From Candidatus Aenigmatarchaeota archaeon (GTDB taxonomy: Archaea > Aenigmatarchaeota > Aenigmatarchaeia > CG10238-14 > SCSR01): a DNA stretch of 64,000 bases. A program made the position numbers and the translations under genes. The first letter of the stretch is position 1; every line of letters starts with the position of its first letter. The DNA lies in contig JACPJT010000007.1 of the NCBI GenBank assembly GCA_016187415.1, positions 132,821 to 196,820 on the forward strand, read 5' to 3'. Of the stretch, positions 1 to 9,472 are shown piece after piece. The notes under the pieces were generated by a model, which worked only from the letters and a program-made list of their open reading frames with translations, did no database searches and had not been told where the DNA came from.

Positions 1-3000
1 TCGGGCGCAACGATAAACGCCAACAGCGCAAACGGATATTCACTCCAACTGCCAAACGCCACATCTACATTACAGGGACTTGTCATAGGCAGTGGCGGTG
101 CGAATGTGACACTTCATGCTGAATATGTATCCCAGCTCGGACAGCTTGTTATTGAATCGGAAGGACCGAATACAGGTTCGTCGGTAAAAGTAAATTACGT
201 CAGGACAAATGAGTTCGATTCCTACGCAAACAATGTTCAGATGATGTATTTCGGCCAGGACAAAGTTGACATACGGCAACCGGTCACAGTCTCAACGGGA
301 AGCGGGACACTAAGCATAGAAGTGCCTGTAGGCATAAATACGGCATCCGCAGGCAACTACAAGCTGAATGTAATAGGCGACATAAACGCCTCATGGGGCA
401 ACTTCACCAACATCAACGTCAGCTCTACCTTCAACGCTCCGAACATAGTCGCAGGCGGCGGATGGATTAACGGGACGAATTTTAATGCGTCCAGTACTAT
501 TTACGGCACCAACCTGATATCATACAACTGGGTGAACGCAAGCAACATAAACGCAACAAACTCGATTTATGCAACGAACGGGACATTTTATGGCAATGTA
601 TACCAGCCCGTATATCCCACAGACGACGGCTTGCTTGCATACTGGTCCTTCTCAGAAGGCACAGGAACTGCAACCTACGACAAAAGTCCTTACGGTTATG
701 ACGGTACGCTGACCAATTTTGATTTCAACAGTTCTTCCAATTGGGCGTCTGGCAAGTACGGCAACGCGCTGATGTTTGACGGAAGAAACGACTATGTTAT
801 AGCATCGTCGGTTCCCACAGGCAACGCAATTACAATAGCCGCATGGATAAACGATACAAACACAACCTCCTACAAGGATGTCATCTCAAAAGGGTCTGCA
901 AACGATTATGAGCTTAGGATAGACAACCCATCAGAGGGCGGAAAACTGTCCTGTTTCATCAGAATAAACAACACAATCGAAGGTTCTGGCAACGGCAGAA
1001 TAAGTTCGCCGAGCGTATTGTCCCTTAACACATGGCATTTTGTAGCGTGTTCTTATGACAACGTCACGCAGGTGAAAAATCTTTATGTTGATGGACAGCT
1101 TGTCACAGTGCAGACAAACATAATCGGCAATCTCACAAATTCGAACAACAACGTATACATAGGCGCGAATGGCGGGACACTGAATTTCTGGAATGGAACC
1201 ATGGACGAGGTCAGGATTTATAATAGAAGCCTGTCATACGACGAGATCAGAACGCAGTATCTTGCCGGCATGCAGTCGCACGGTAGCATAATCGAGAATA
1301 AATTCAGGCTAGTCAATACGACTGGAAACAGGATGCTGGAAATAAACAATTCCGGCATATACTTAAACAACTCGCCGTCATCTGCGAATGTCATCCAGTC
1401 GGCAGGCGACCTGTCGTTGCAACCCATCTCTGGAAACGTTGGGATAGGCACGACATCGCCAAAACAAAAATTAGAGATATCCAGCGGTTTTATTAATGTG
1501 TCAAGCAGCGCCACATGGGGATCTGGCATTTACCTGGATGATGTGAATAATGGCGGTATACAATGGATTATACATTCAACAGGTTCAACCGCAAGTCAGG
1601 GCATAAGGAAATTGGTTTTTAGAAGCGACACAAATTCAACGGATGTAATGGTATTGACAGATTCAGGCAACGTCGGCATCAACACAACGAATCCGGCATC
1701 CCTGTTGAATATAATTTCAGGCGGGACGCAGGGGGCGTTGAACATAACGAACGGGACCGGCAGCGGCTCGGTGTTTTATGTGAATGCGTCATCCGGCAAT
1801 GTCGGGATAGGGACATCCTCACCCTCGTCCAGGCTTAATGTCACGGCCAACAGCGCAAGCCCCGCAGTAACTATTGGTCAGCAGGGCGCTGGATTGTCAT
1901 TGGAATTATTGAACGCAACTGGCGTCGGGACAGGTCTTGGTCTCGGCGACAATACAACTATTCTGGAGTATCCGTCCGGGCAGGATTACACCAATTATGC
2001 GGGGACTACATGGACGGTAAAGCCCAATACCGTGATGATAACGGGCAAGACGTCGAACACAAGCAGTTATCTGATGGCAGAAAACATAATAACGTCAATC
2101 ATCCGAGAAACGCCAACAAGCGTATTGAACATAGACCTGTCGACAAGGCACCTGACGCTGAACGCCCAGCAGGGCGATTTGTCAATACTGGGGGCAAGAA
2201 ATATAATGTCAAGCGCAACCAACATCATAACAGATGCAGCAAATCCATACGGAATAAGTGGGGGTGCGGTACCAATCAATATGCTGACAATATATGCAAA
2301 TAGCGGCAATACGAATGCAGTCAACATCACGAATTATGCGACTACAAACAGCCTTGTCATACAGAACGAAACCGGGGGCCTTGCGCGGCAGTTCGTAGTG
2401 ACCAATCTCGGCAAAGTGGGAATAGGGATACTGACGCCGACCCAGCAGCTGGAAGTCGTGGGAAACGTGAATATTACAGGAAATATAAATGCAAGCTGGG
2501 TGAATGCGACTAACATTACTGTAAACAAAGATCTCCATTTGGAGGGAGGCGTATTCGGTCCCGTTGCACCGAAGTCTGGAAAAGGTACGGCAACTTGCGA
2601 TGCCGGTAGTAGTTGTACGGATGCTACAGTGTACACGGTTACAGCTGGCAAGATTTTTGTGGCAACAGACCTAATTTTCAGGTCCTCTCTAGGAGCAACC
2701 TTGGTTCTGAAAGACAGTTCAACTCAAGTGATTCATACGATCAATCCGTCAGGGGGAACAAACGATACGGTAATATCATTCAAAAGCGGCATACCGTTCA
2801 ATACTTCAGTCGTAGTTTCTTGTACAGGAACGTCCACAAACTGCAATGTGTTTGTATCGGGATATGAGATTACAAATACACCAGCCAGATCTGGTTACGG
2901 CTCATCTTCATGCGATGGGAGCAGCACGTGTACCGCAACAACTATAAGGACGGTTCCTATCGGAAAGACATTTGTAGTCACGGATATGATTACCTCGGGA

Positions 3001-3216
3001 ACATGTGTATCATTTTCACTTCAGCAAAATGGTACCGCAAAGACATATAGCTTCTCAGGAGCGGCGATATATCCTGGCAATAGCGGAAGTACAGGAAACA
3101 GCTACTATAACTTCGGCAGTGGCATTTCATTCCAACCAAGTTCTCAAGTTCAGATCAGTTGCGACAGTGGTACTTCTGTTACATCATCGGCCACAATTTC
3201 GGGATACGAATATTGA
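1..3216 (+). CDS. Large surface protein (5'-truncated by window): LamG/concanavalin-like domain, GNVGIG beta-repeats, two tandem Cys-containing C-terminal domains
   Basis: Frame is open from base 1. LamG-like motifs LLAYWSFSEG...GKYGNALMFDG...WHFVACSYD...GTMDEVRIYNRSL. Repeated GNVGIGTTSP-like units and many N-x-S/T sequons. Confidence 0.85.
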   Translation, partial: SGATINANSANGYSLQLPNATSTLQGLVIGSGGANVTLHAEYVSQLGQLVIESEGPNTGSSVKVNYVRTNEFDSYANNVQMMYFGQDKVDIRQPVTVSTGSGTLSIEVPVGINTASAGNYKLNVIGDINASWGNFTNINVSSTFNAPNIVAGGGWINGTNFNASSTIYGTNLISYNWVNASNINATNSIYATNGTFYGNVYQPVYPTDDGLLAYWSFSEGTGTATYDKSPYGYDGTLTNFDFNSSSNWASGKYGNALMFDGRNDYVIASSVPTGNAITIAAWINDTNTTSYKDVISKGSANDYELRIDNPSEGGKLSCFIRINNTIEGSGNGRISSPSVLSLNTWHFVACSYDNVTQVKNLYVDGQLVTVQTNIIGNLTNSNNNVYIGANGGTLNFWNGTMDEVRIYNRSLSYDEIRTQYLAGMQSHGSIIENKFRLVNTTGNRMLEINNSGIYLNNSPSSANVIQSAGDLSLQPISGNVGIGTTSPKQKLEISSGFINVSSSATWGSGIYLDDVNNGGIQWIIHSTGSTASQGIRKLVFRSDTNSTDVMVLTDSGNVGINTTNPASLLNIISGGTQGALNITNGTGSGSVFYVNASSGNVGIGTSSPSSRLNVTANSASPAVTIGQQGAGLSLELLNATGVGTGLGLGDNTTILEYPSGQDYTNYAGTTWTVKPNTVMITGKTSNTSSYLMAENIITSIIRETPTSVLNIDLSTRHLTLNAQQGDLSILGARNIMSSATNIITDAANPYGISGGAVPINMLTIYANSGNTNAVNITNYATTNSLVIQNETGGLARQFVVTNLGKVGIGILTPTQQLEVVGNVNITGNINASWVNATNITVNKDLHLEGGVFGPVAPKSGKGTATCDAGSSCTDATVYTVTAGKIFVATDLIFRSSLGATLVLKDSSTQVIHTINPSGGTNDTVISFKSGIPFNTSVVVSCTGTSTNCNVFVSGYEITNTPARSGYGSSSCDGSSTCTATTIRTVPIGKTFVVTDMITSGTCVSFSLQQNGTAKTYSFSGAAIYPGNSGSTGNSYYNFGSGISFQPSSQVQISCDSGTSVTSSATISGYEY

Positions 3217-3291
3217 TTCGATTATCTCCAATAGAGAGATATCTTTTTATCTCCCTCCTCTCAATCTAATATCAACAGGAGGTGCGAAAGA

Positions 3292-3489
3292 GTGAAAAAA
3301 ATGGGAGCTTTGGATTGGATTGTAGCAATCCTAGTAATAGTAGGTGCTCTTAACTGGGGACTAGTCGGCATAGGCGCCGGTAACGTAGTAGGAGCAGTCT
3401 TCGGTTCAATTCCAGCCTTACTTCAGATAGTCTATGTCCTAGTAGGACTAGCTGGATTGTGGAAACTTTACAAAGTACTAATGGGTTAA
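3292..3489 (+). CDS. DUF378-family small membrane protein
   Basis: LDWIVAILVIVGALNWGLVG...IVYVLVGLAGLW signature; GGAGGTG RBS upstream. Confidence 0.85.
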   Translation: MKKMGALDWIVAILVIVGALNWGLVGIGAGNVVGAVFGSIPALLQIVYVLVGLAGLWKLYKVLMG

Positions 3490-3619
3490 GCCCTCCAAAA
3501 CTTTAGAGATTTTTTAATTTTTTCTTATTTTAAACGTTCAAACCGAATTCTTTCCTTGCGACACCTTGCCGAATTTTTAACCTTTAAATATTAATCGCCA
3601 AATAATAAAGTGATAGAAT

Positions 3620-3817
3620 ATGGTTGAACTTAAAGTTATGGGAAAACACGAGGCCAGATGGGTGACTATATCTACTGATGAATATGAAAGCATGAAAGCT
3701 ACTATAGAAGTTCTATCAGACCCTGAATTAATGAATCAGTTGAGAATGAGTGAAGAAGACATAAAAGCGGGTAGGACAAAGAAATTAAGCAATATTTTAA
3801 AAGAACTTAAACAATAG
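3620..3817 (+). CDS. Antitoxin-like protein (Phd/YefM/RelB-type C-terminus)
   Basis: ISTDEYESMKATIEVLSDPELMNQLRMSEEDIKAGR; adjacent to a RelE-like gene. Confidence 0.7.
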   Translation: MVELKVMGKHEARWVTISTDEYESMKATIEVLSDPELMNQLRMSEEDIKAGRTKKLSNILKELKQ

Positions 3818-4075
3818 CTACATTTCATCTTTGTGTTTTAACCCGACTATTGTAACTATTTTTCTTTGATCGTCGATGATATACAGAATTCTATACCTTC
3901 TCTCAAATCTTATTTCCCATACACCTGCTAGTGGTCTTCTCAACGGCTTGCCATAAGCATCAGGCGCCAGTTTCAGCTTTTCTAATCTTTCATTAAGCTC
4001 ATCCAATTGTCTAGTATCTAATTTCTTCTTTTTAATTTCCTTTTCTACGGTTTCAGAGAATTCTATCTCATACAC
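3818..4075 (-). CDS. RelE/ParE-family toxin
   Basis: MYEIEFSE...GKPLRRPLAGVWEIRFERRYRILYII...VGLKHKDE is typical of RelE. Confidence 0.85.
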   Translation of the reverse strand: MYEIEFSETVEKEIKKKKLDTRQLDELNERLEKLKLAPDAYGKPLRRPLAGVWEIRFERRYRILYIIDDQRKIVTIVGLKHKDEM

Positions 4076-4109
4076 ATTGATTAATTGGATATAAGATAAA
4101 TTAAATTAT

Positions 4110-4580
4110 CTAAACGTTCAACCCAAATTCTTTCCTCGCGACATCTCTAAGGATTCTTATCAGATTCACAAGCTGGCTTTTCTTTACAGAAACAGCGCCG
4201 ACAGACTTGAACTTGCTGCTTGCCCTTATCAGATGGTCGTGTTTCGTCTGGTTTATTCTCAAAAATTCCTCTTCGCCTTCGTACCTAGGCTGTTTGAAAA
4301 CATCTATCCACAATTTGTCCATGCCGCTCAGGTCAATCCTGCCTACAAACCTGCTCGGACCGACAGAATAGTAAATTTTCGCAGGACCCTTCTCGTCATA
4401 ATTGACTTTCTTTTCAATAAGCATCCTTTCAAGCAATTTAGTCACAGTGTGCCTGTTCAGATCCAATTTTTGCGCAATGTCATGTATCGTCATTCCCCTT
4501 ATGCTTCCATTCAGAGTATCGAAAATCCTCTTTTGATTTTCTGTATCGTATTCAACCTCTTTCGTCGTCTTGAAATTCAT
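4110..4580 (-). CDS. Winged-HTH protein with additional C-terminal domain
   Basis: GMTIHDIAQKLDLNRHTVTKLLERM...KGPAKIYY wHTH pattern; divergent from the 4735 gene. Confidence 0.75.
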   Translation of the reverse strand: MNFKTTKEVEYDTENQKRIFDTLNGSIRGMTIHDIAQKLDLNRHTVTKLLERMLIEKKVNYDEKGPAKIYYSVGPSRFVGRIDLSGMDKLWIDVFKQPRYEGEEEFLRINQTKHDHLIRASSKFKSVGAVSVKKSQLVNLIRILRDVARKEFGLNV

Positions 4581-4646
4581 CTTACCACCTACAATCCACT
4601 TGTATTTCGATAATATAAAGGTGCATGATTAGTGTCTATAAATATG

Positions 4647-4667
4647 ATGTGGGAAATCTACCCACGA
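4647..4667. promoter_or_regulatory. Candidate operator GTGGG-N7-CCCAC in the divergent promoter region
   Basis: Inverted repeat 4649-4653/4661-4665 just upstream of TTTATA (~4672); related motif at 17143. Confidence 0.35.
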
Positions 4668-4734
4668 TAACTTTATATACTACTATTTACAATCTAATGT
4701 ATAGAAATTAAATGATAACAATGGAGGTATACAA

Positions 4735-5376
4735 ATGTCTATAGTAACGGTATTCAAATCCGACAACCTGCCCAGCCCATGGCAAGTTGCGAAATCGCTC
4801 GATGGGCAAAAAATTAATGACGGATGGCTGACAGCCTTCGTTAGCAAATACAACAGGAATGAAATCTGTGTAAACCACTGGTTCTATGAAGATCTGGAAA
4901 ACAGTCTGAAAAAAGTTTTCGACGAGGAAGAAAGCATGGAAGTGGTATCGTATCTTCATCAAAACGGAAAGACGCGCGCTTTGAAGAGAATCTACTGCTT
5001 CATCAACGTTCTAATGAAGACGTTGGAAATATATACAGGCTCAGAAGTAAAATTAAATGAGATTACAACAGGATTGGAAGAGCTGTTAAAAGTAAAATTC
5101 ACGCGAGTGACAATAACTTCTGACAACCTGCAGAAAATATATTCCGAGCATTCAAGCGAACTGAAGCAGGTGATGTTCAAAAACCTTGAAGGTCTCTTTT
5201 ACGAGATTCTGCGCGGAAAATATCTTGAGAACAACGAAAAGTTCAAGCAGTACATGGAAAAATTCCCCGAATCCCTGAGGGTGATAAGCTTCAGACCGAG
5301 GATAAAATTCCTTAACGGGTACAACAAGTACCAAGTGACTTTGAATGGGGATATTGGTTTCACAAGTAACTATTAA
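4735..5376 (+). pseudogene. Hypothetical protein, 5' part, interrupted by the integrated element at codons LNGD
   Basis: GGAGGT RBS. The frame continues in register after the second copy of the 12-bp repeat (15769-15875). Confidence 0.7.
5342..5353 (+). repeat. attL core TGAATGGGGATA
   Basis: Identical to 15757-15768; directly upstream of the integrase. Confidence 0.8.
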
Positions 5377-5410
5377 CCTTTTTAAATACTTTACTGTCCA
5401 AATAATTATT

Positions 5411-6751
5411 GTGTACGAAGAAGACGAGATAGACAAACGAATTGATAAGATGCTGGAGTCGCCCGAGTTTACCGAAAATCAGAGAAAGACTGTCAAAAGA
5501 TTCGACCACAATAACGAAGCAGAAGGTATATCCTTATCATGCAGGCATCATTATATCTCTGACTTGAGAACATTTGCAAAATTTCTGAATGAAAATGGGA
5601 GCAAAGGTTTCGAAAACATTACTTACGATGACATTGTGGATTTTATGGCATGGGCTTCCAAGAAGTATGCAAGGGATTCCATTAGAAATTTCGGTGCGGC
5701 TATCAAGAAATTGATGCGAATTCTTGGCAAGTGGGATGTATATCATGCGTATAAAATCCCCAGAAAGAAGCTGAGGGAATTGCCGGAAGTTCTTACTGAA
5801 GATGAAGTCATGAAAATCGCCAAAGCTGCAACAGATACTATGGGAAGAGCTTTGGTTCTTCTTATTTATGAAACAGGCGGACGAGTCGGCGAGATAATAA
5901 ATCTCAAGGTAAAGGATATCGAGTTCACAAAACATTCGGCAAGGATTACTCTGCATGGCAAGACTGGCGATCGTGTTGTGCCTCTGATATTTTCCGTTGA
6001 AGCGTTGCAGACTTGGCTGAACCACCATCCTTTAGGTAATGATGGAAAGGCTTACGTATTCTTTCCAAGGTCTGCAGTAACTTGGAAATGTCCTACATGT
6101 AACACTATTGTGCGAAGGGAGATTAAGAAATCGAAAACTGGCAGGAGCGTTACGAAAAGGTATCTGCCGTTTTGCCCGAAATGCAAGAAGGAGTTTGATT
6201 TGCCCAAACCTTATGTCAAGATGTCAAGGCATGGTGTAAGGAAAAGATTAGTCGAGATGGCTGAGAGAGCTGGACTTAATGGGAAAAGAATCCACCCACA
6301 TTTATTCCGTCATAGCAGATTTACACATTTGACGCTAAAAGGATTAAGTGATTCTGTTTTGCAAAAGTTAGGTGGATGGAGGAAGCGTGAAATGCTGGAT
6401 GTCTACACTCACTTGGGTAACAAGGATGCAATCGAAAGCGTTGAAAAGCTTTATGGAATAATACCAGAAGACAAAATCGATGACACGCCACTGAAGCAGA
6501 AGACATGTCCAAGATGCAGGTACAATAATTCGCCAACTTCAATATTCTGCGGAAGATGCAGTCTGGCTTTGGATATAGAAACTGCGTTGAAAGTGGACGA
6601 AAGGGAGCATGTTAGGAATGAGTGGATGAAAGTCATGATGAAGGACAAGAATATCCGAACCACCATGATTGAAAGGACAGAACAACTAATGGAAGAAAAG
6701 TTACCGAAAGATTTCAAGCAGAAACTTATGCTGATGTTGGGCGAGAGCTGA
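5411..6751 (+). CDS. Tyrosine recombinase/integrase with internal and C-terminal Zn ribbons
   Basis: Catalytic R (TGGRVGE), K (GKTG), HxxR (HLFRHS), W (GGW), Y (VYTH). Internal CPTC...CPKC and C-terminal CPRC...CGRC. GTG 5411 preferred as start because TTTAAATA lies at ~5381. Confidence 0.92.
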   Translation: MYEEDEIDKRIDKMLESPEFTENQRKTVKRFDHNNEAEGISLSCRHHYISDLRTFAKFLNENGSKGFENITYDDIVDFMAWASKKYARDSIRNFGAAIKKLMRILGKWDVYHAYKIPRKKLRELPEVLTEDEVMKIAKAATDTMGRALVLLIYETGGRVGEIINLKVKDIEFTKHSARITLHGKTGDRVVPLIFSVEALQTWLNHHPLGNDGKAYVFFPRSAVTWKCPTCNTIVRREIKKSKTGRSVTKRYLPFCPKCKKEFDLPKPYVKMSRHGVRKRLVEMAERAGLNGKRIHPHLFRHSRFTHLTLKGLSDSVLQKLGGWRKREMLDVYTHLGNKDAIESVEKLYGIIPEDKIDDTPLKQKTCPRCRYNNSPTSIFCGRCSLALDIETALKVDEREHVRNEWMKVMMKDKNIRTTMIERTEQLMEEKLPKDFKQKLMLMLGES

Positions 6752-6784
6752 TCACTTTTCTTTTAAGAAAAGTATTACTAATGT

Positions 6785-7390
6785 ATGGGATTGCACACCA
6801 GGGAAGAAGGAAATAAGTGGTGGAGAAACATCTTGTCAGTACTTGGAGTTACCAATACTTGGAAAATGGGTGCTGAAGGGGAAGAACGGATTATAGAGCA
6901 ATTAAGCAGACTCGATGGATATCATGCGTTTCACGATATCATGCTACCGAGAGAAGTGGCAAATATAGACCATATAGTTGTCGGAAGAAACGGTATCTTT
7001 GCAGTCGAGACCAAGAATTATAAAGGAGAAATATTTTGCATTGGTGACGAATGGAGTAAAAGTAGAGTTGGTAGTTTTGGCATAGAATACAGAGAACCCA
7101 TTACCAGTATCAGCATTCAAGTTAAAAGAAATGCGTACAAACTTAGTGAATTCATAAAGAAACGGCTGAAAACTTTCACATATCTCTCTTCGAGAGTATT
7201 TGTAGTGCCAATTGTCGTCTTCACTAATGATGATTTTGAATTACATTCCCTTCGACCAACAGTAAAAATTGTTAGACCAAGAAGCATAGCTGCAGCTATC
7301 AAAAAGAATGAAATAGAGAAACATTATACCGATGAAGAAATTAAATCCATAGCTACTTTAGTAGGAAAGTACGAGCGTTGGGAAACATGA
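6785..7390 (+). CDS. NERD-domain nuclease-like protein
   Basis: GAEGEE...ANIDHIVVGRNGIFAVETKNYKG NERD signature. Confidence 0.88.
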   Translation: MGLHTREEGNKWWRNILSVLGVTNTWKMGAEGEERIIEQLSRLDGYHAFHDIMLPREVANIDHIVVGRNGIFAVETKNYKGEIFCIGDEWSKSRVGSFGIEYREPITSISIQVKRNAYKLSEFIKKRLKTFTYLSSRVFVVPIVVFTNDDFELHSLRPTVKIVRPRSIAAAIKKNEIEKHYTDEEIKSIATLVGKYERWET

Positions 7391-7554
7391 AACTATCAAA
7401 GCAGACAATAAGCTTCGTTCTGAAATATTCCGGCATCGGTCTTGCTACAGCATCGCTTATTTACGGGGTCACAAATTATTTCGACATTCGTGTATATAGT
7501 TTGTTATTCCTTGCGATTAGTTTTATTGTAAGCAGTCGGCTGTGGAAGAAATAA
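7387..7554 (+). CDS. Small 2-TM membrane protein (55 aa, not in ORF track)
   Basis: ATGA overlap with the NERD stop; MKLSKQTISFVLKYSGIGLATASLIYG...LLFLAISFIVSSRLWKK. Confidence 0.6.
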   Translation: MKLSKQTISFVLKYSGIGLATASLIYGVTNYFDIRVYSLLFLAISFIVSSRLWKK

Positions 7555-7594
7555 ATCTCAAGAAAGCTTTCAGACAGTTTGTAAAAGAGAAGAA

Positions 7595-9073
7595 CTACGA
7601 ATATTTGTTTGGTTGAATATTACGAGCAATGCAATTCAACTCGAATTCAAATGTTATACTGGATTTAGGTTCAATTACCATCCATTCTATTGTGAGCTCG
7701 TCGCCTCTCATACTCGGAGAGATATCAGCTAATCCTGTTGATTTGTCTATTAAACTACATGAATTCTTGTTGCAGGCATATTTTTGGAAGATTGTCCTGT
7801 TTGTCATCTCAATACCATTTGCTTCTATAAAACTTATTTCGCATTTATCCCATAAACGCCTATAATTTGCGAATTGATTTAATTCAAAATTTCTAAAATC
7901 TATTTTCGAATTCTCATTATTTTTAACATCCATATAAAATATTCCACCAGAGTCCACAATAGTCGGGGCAGATTCTTTGATTGAGATTATAGATTCAGGA
8001 GCAAATTCGTATCCTTGAATTCTTATGTCCTTTATTTTACTTTTATCAATACCCATGACCCTATCAAATAGAATGATAATTTTATTGTTGTTTTTATTTA
8101 ATTGTATACCCGTTATACCGACCTCTTTTTCCAAACTTTTCAAATATGCCTTGTCGTACTCTCTGAACAAGTTAACCGGATAATATTTATCTGTAGTCTC
8201 CACTACTATGTTAAAGGACTGTTCGAGATTTGTATCATTAGTAATGATGGCTCCATATTCGACGGGTATCCATCCTAAAAACCCGCCATTCGTTATATTG
8301 ATAGATTTTGTGACTTGTTTGTATACTTGCCATAAATGGTTTTCGTTCAATGCTTCTAAAGATACGCCCTTTCCGTCTACATTGTAAGTTACGACCCTTT
8401 CATCATAGTATGTGACTTCAGGAACAAATAAAAGCTTGAATGCGAGAAGCAATACTATAAATACTATACCACCAGTTACTTCTTTGAAGATAATCTTCCT
8501 TGATATGTTTTTAATTGAAAAATTAATTTTCAAGGCAGTTTTTGTTAATGCTAAATAAAGCGTATAAGATATCAGCAAAGGAAAAATAAGCATAACGCTG
8601 AAAAATATTAGCGACTTTGTTAAAAAGCTTAGTTGCGTAAGCCCAATTGTGATAGAAAGTGCAATTAAAATCACCATGAAATTCATTAAGATAAAATTTG
8701 TTTTCTGGATCAAGAGTAATATAAAATCTCTTATTTTTTCTCCAGCGCTGAAAAATTGCAACCATAAGATTGCAGAAAACGTAACTAAAAATATTCTGCT
8801 CCATATGTCTATCGTATGTATAGATACAAGATCGTAAAAGAATAGTGTCCATATCACAGACAGTATAATCATGACAATAAAAGAAAACCAGTAGGCTCCT
8901 ATACCAATAATAGCTGAGAAAAATATTTTATCACTTTCACCTAAGGCTCTCCACCATTCTTTATTTTTAGAAAATAAGACAAAAACAAGTGTATAACCTA
9001 ATAAAAGGCTAAACAATATAGAAAGTGCTGGCATATTCAATGCCGATGCCAAATCAGCTATTTCAAATACCAT
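7595..9073 (-). CDS. Polytopic membrane protein with large C-terminal soluble domain
   Basis: About six hydrophobic segments in the N-terminal 215 aa; 492-aa ORF. Confidence 0.7.
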   Translation of the reverse strand: MVFEIADLASALNMPALSILFSLLLGYTLVFVLFSKNKEWWRALGESDKIFFSAIIGIGAYWFSFIVMIILSVIWTLFFYDLVSIHTIDIWSRIFLVTFSAILWLQFFSAGEKIRDFILLLIQKTNFILMNFMVILIALSITIGLTQLSFLTKSLIFFSVMLIFPLLISYTLYLALTKTALKINFSIKNISRKIIFKEVTGGIVFIVLLLAFKLLFVPEVTYYDERVVTYNVDGKGVSLEALNENHLWQVYKQVTKSINITNGGFLGWIPVEYGAIITNDTNLEQSFNIVVETTDKYYPVNLFREYDKAYLKSLEKEVGITGIQLNKNNNKIIILFDRVMGIDKSKIKDIRIQGYEFAPESIISIKESAPTIVDSGGIFYMDVKNNENSKIDFRNFELNQFANYRRLWDKCEISFIEANGIEMTNRTIFQKYACNKNSCSLIDKSTGLADISPSMRGDELTIEWMVIEPKSSITFEFELNCIARNIQPNKYS

Positions 9074-9139
9074 AAATGATAAAATGGGATAAAATCTATT
9101 TAACTATCTCTTCGCACAATAAAAAAGCTCTAAAATTTG

Positions 9140-9469
9140 TCAATTTTTATCCCATTTTAACAGTATCCATTCTCTACATCGATTGCAGCGGATTGATTTA
9201 CTATCTGGGGAAGCTGACATGTCATTTTTGCAATACGGGCATTTGAATCTTGTAGAACCCGTAAACGCATGATAACCGCCTGCGAAAAAGGCAAATGAAA
9301 TAGCAAAAAAACCAAGTCCAGCAAAAAATCCGATTACAGTAATAAAGGCAATAACAGCAATTAGAAGAAAACCAATACCCGCAAAAACCAATATTAAACC
9401 TGCTAATCCTCTCAAAAAAGAGATTTTCGGACGGATTAATGTAATTTCTTTCTTTTTCAAAGAAAACAC
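9140..9469 (-). CDS. Membrane protein with C-terminal Zn ribbon
   Basis: Two TM segments, then CPYC...CNRC. Confidence 0.7.
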   Translation of the reverse strand: MFSLKKKEITLIRPKISFLRGLAGLILVFAGIGFLLIAVIAFITVIGFFAGLGFFAISFAFFAGGYHAFTGSTRFKCPYCKNDMSASPDSKSIRCNRCREWILLKWDKN

Positions 9470-9472
9470 CTT

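Noticed and set aside
5345-5410. N-terminal extension of the integrase starting at the ATG inside the att core (SSV-type split integrase idea)
   Set aside because: The segment is AT-rich and contains the likely TATA box; the integrase appears complete from GTG 5411.
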